A stretch of DNA of 62,091 nt, counting the filler, from Globobulimina sp. (lineage: Eukaryota): the NCBI GenBank assembly GCA_003354225.1. It is 28 parts of 28 records of this genome, joined end to end, with 100 filler letters (N's around TTAATTAATTAA, not from the genome) between each part and the next. Parts side by side here need not be neighbours in the genome. Positions count along the whole stretch, not along the records: positions 59,973 to 62,091 come from PIVH01008845.1; 27 more parts are not named here. One strand, written 5' to 3'. Of the stretch, positions 59,973 to 62,091 are shown piece by piece (the stretch's first letter is position 1; each line of letters starts with the position of its first letter). A model generated the notes under the pieces. That model saw nothing but the letters and a program-made list of their open reading frames with translations. It was not told where the DNA came from and did no database searches. Position numbers and translations under genes: made by a program.

Positions 59973-61960
59973 AAAGCGAATAAACGCTCCTTGCCAATAT
60001 AAATAACATTTTATCTCATCACAAGACTCCACATGAAATGACAAAATAACCAGACCACTGCCACAGGCACTCGCTGAGGTCACCAATTCATTTTGTTTTT
60101 CATTAAATTTGCATTTCACACAATCTGTGTCTGCCAAATCATTTTTTGTTTCACATCGAGGGCAATACCAATGAGGTGGTGCAGTCTTTTCTGCCTCATT
60201 TTCTTTTTTATAATCATCATATCCTTTTCTTTCTTCCTCCATTTTTTTATTATATCCAATATTCGGAATAATACAGGTTTTGCTTGAGGCCATAAACCAT
60301 TCTGGAACATGTTTAATATTCTTGGCATGTGGTATACTGTTACAATTTTCTGGTGGCTCAAATATAATTATTTCATCTTCGTCTGTAATATACTTTGCAT
60401 TCTTTGAGTCTCTGTCCCGTCTGTCCACTGTTTACATCATATATTATTTAAATACAAAAACTGTCATTATTTATAGTTTGCATATCTGACGATCACAGTA
60501 TATTGTCAATTTGTTTACTATTCATCGTCAGATATTTGAGGAACATGAACATACCAACAACAACAACCCTTTTATTTCGTGGATATTGATAAAGTTCTAC
60601 ACCGTTATATTTCGAACTTAGTTTGCTTTGCTTAAACCGATTGAATTGATGTAATATCCGTGAAGCAGTGGCTACTTTGCTTACTTGGCTGGTATCTGCA
60701 GACAAAGTGGACAGCGACGGATTTCCAATAGCACCTATATCAATATCCGGATCCATATTGCTTAAATATGGTAAATTGTTATGTTTCAACTTCTCTTTAA
60801 TATCTCGAACATGATCACAAAATTCACAGTCATCATCCGGATCGCTTTGGTTCTTTACCTCATCATCGTCATCAGATTCATCATCCTTCTTTTTATCAAT
60901 CCCAATACCCTGCACATTATGCTCTGTTTTGTTAGAAACACGATTGAAAATGAAACAATTATCCACTTGAAAAGGACAATGTTGGTTATCCCGTTTGGAT
61001 AAAGTATACACAAAGTCCACCATCGCTAATATATATTCACAAATAGTATCGATACAATCGTCAATTGCTAATAAATTGGACATTGACAACACTGGACATA
61101 TACGCTTAAAATATGAAGAAACGGCCGTTTGAGCCTCGTTAAAAGCTTTCTTATTTTTGACCCCATTCATTTTAAGTAATTTATCAAAATGAGAACTGAT
61201 TCGCGCCCATTCAGGTACACCTAAACTCTCCTTTGCTTCGAGGAAATATCTCAAACTATCTCGCAAATAGCAATCAGCCAAAAAGGATAAGTATGGCACA
61301 TTTCGTTTATAGCCAATGGCCAATAATTTCATTAGAATTTGATCTTCGCCCATTGCTTTGTCACACAATTCGGGTAACTGTGATTTATAAATTTTTATAA
61401 TTTGATGCAACTCTTCTTCGGTTATACACCAATCATCTTTTGTTGCTATGTGTTTTTTTAGTTTGTTATAATTTCGCATAAATATGGAAACAATAAATAC
61501 GTAACGTTCAAATACTGGATAAAGCATCATATTATCTGTGAATTGGTTTTCATTGAGGGAGCATTTTTTTAGTATATTAAAAATTGCTTCAGCGCGATTA
61601 TTTGGTTTGCGTTTGAATGGGAATTCTTCATCAAAATCACTGATATCGATGTATTTGCGGTTAATTTATTTGTTAACTTAAGATAAGAATGGAAAATAAC
61701 TCACGCCATGCAAGAATCATTGGGATCAGATTTAGCTATTTCTTCTGTGATATTGTTAAATGGTGACAAGTAATTATGTAATTACTAATACAGTATATCG
61801 CGTCGCGTCACATACCAGCTACAGTATCATCAGCATATTCATTGTCATCACACCATGTTTGAAATTTACCAATTTTGTGTGTAAAATAATGTTCGGATCC
61901 AAGTTTATGGTAATAACGACCGAGACAAATATCAATTTGATTGATGAGTCCTACATGTAA
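59973..61960 (-). CDS. Large multi-exon hypothetical protein with a RanBP2-type zinc finger; intron 60428..60554; both ends uncertain
   Basis: WYCPRCETKN......CVKC; frame is open upstream of 61530; further coding-like segment ID.CLGRYY..LG...YF....GKF..WC near 61830-61950. Confidence 0.6.
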
Positions 61961-62091
61961 CATTATTTAAGAGTTAGAGTAAAAACTTAATTCAAGCTTG
62001 TTGAGTGAAAACGTCATTATACCGTTTTTGTTATACATATATATATGTACAACCACACACATTCAAACCCATTTTGCATGCACGATTATCA

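Noticed and set aside
1-62091. Functional gene cluster across the window (e.g. PI3K + RA domain + PKG signalling, or GH16 + GT92 + ATP-grasp glycan locus)
   Set aside because: The genes sit on separate length-sorted contigs, so adjacency is artificial
1-62091. Genome-wide stop-codon reassignment
   Set aside because: Conserved genes are uninterrupted and end at expected positions with TAA (PI3K, GH16), TAG (kinase) and TGA (NAD kinase)
1-62091. tRNA, rRNA or spliceosomal snRNA genes
   Set aside because: GTTCGA-like hits (e.g. about 33644 and 59126) lack cloverleaf context; no rRNA or U1/U2/U5/U6 signature recognised by eye

Overview
This window is not one locus. It is 28 unrelated contigs of 2119-2123 bp, sorted by decreasing length and joined by artificial 100-nt spacers (44 N + TTAATTAATTAA + 44 N), so neighbourhood across spacers means nothing. 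The DNA is AT-rich, gene-dense and eukaryotic, uses the standard genetic code, and has short GT-AG introns (mostly 53-76 nt). By inference from gene-family style (Kelch/RCC1 proteins with an 'L..YI....IP..I...C..YY' motif, PT-repeat surface proteins) it resembles Foraminifera/Rhizaria, but the sequence alone does not prove this. Recognisable genes: class I PI3K, PKG-like kinase, GPN3, KRR1, NAD kinase, CFP1/Spp1-like, DHHC, MFSD1, GH16, GT92-like, PP2C and PPR. Best leads: (1) a spliced 2OG-Fe(II) oxygenase fused in frame to a 14-3-3 N-terminus; (2) a recurrent F-box-like helical module attached to Kelch, RCC1 and 14-3-3 domains; (3) a triple-Tudor-like/ZNF598-Hel2 RING fusion; (4) a secreted stanniocalcin-like protein; (5) a NOL-type chlorophyll b reductase-like SDR; (6) a signal-anchored TupA-like ATP-grasp; (7) an atypical GTT/GTAT 5' splice-site consensus; (8) several MITE-like elements and two structured-RNA candidates. 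It also contains genes missed by the ORF track: a carbamoyl-phosphate synthetase C-terminus with an in-frame TAG and a transglutaminase-like pseudogene. No tRNA, rRNA or CRISPR array was found. All family assignments come from motif recognition, not database searches.
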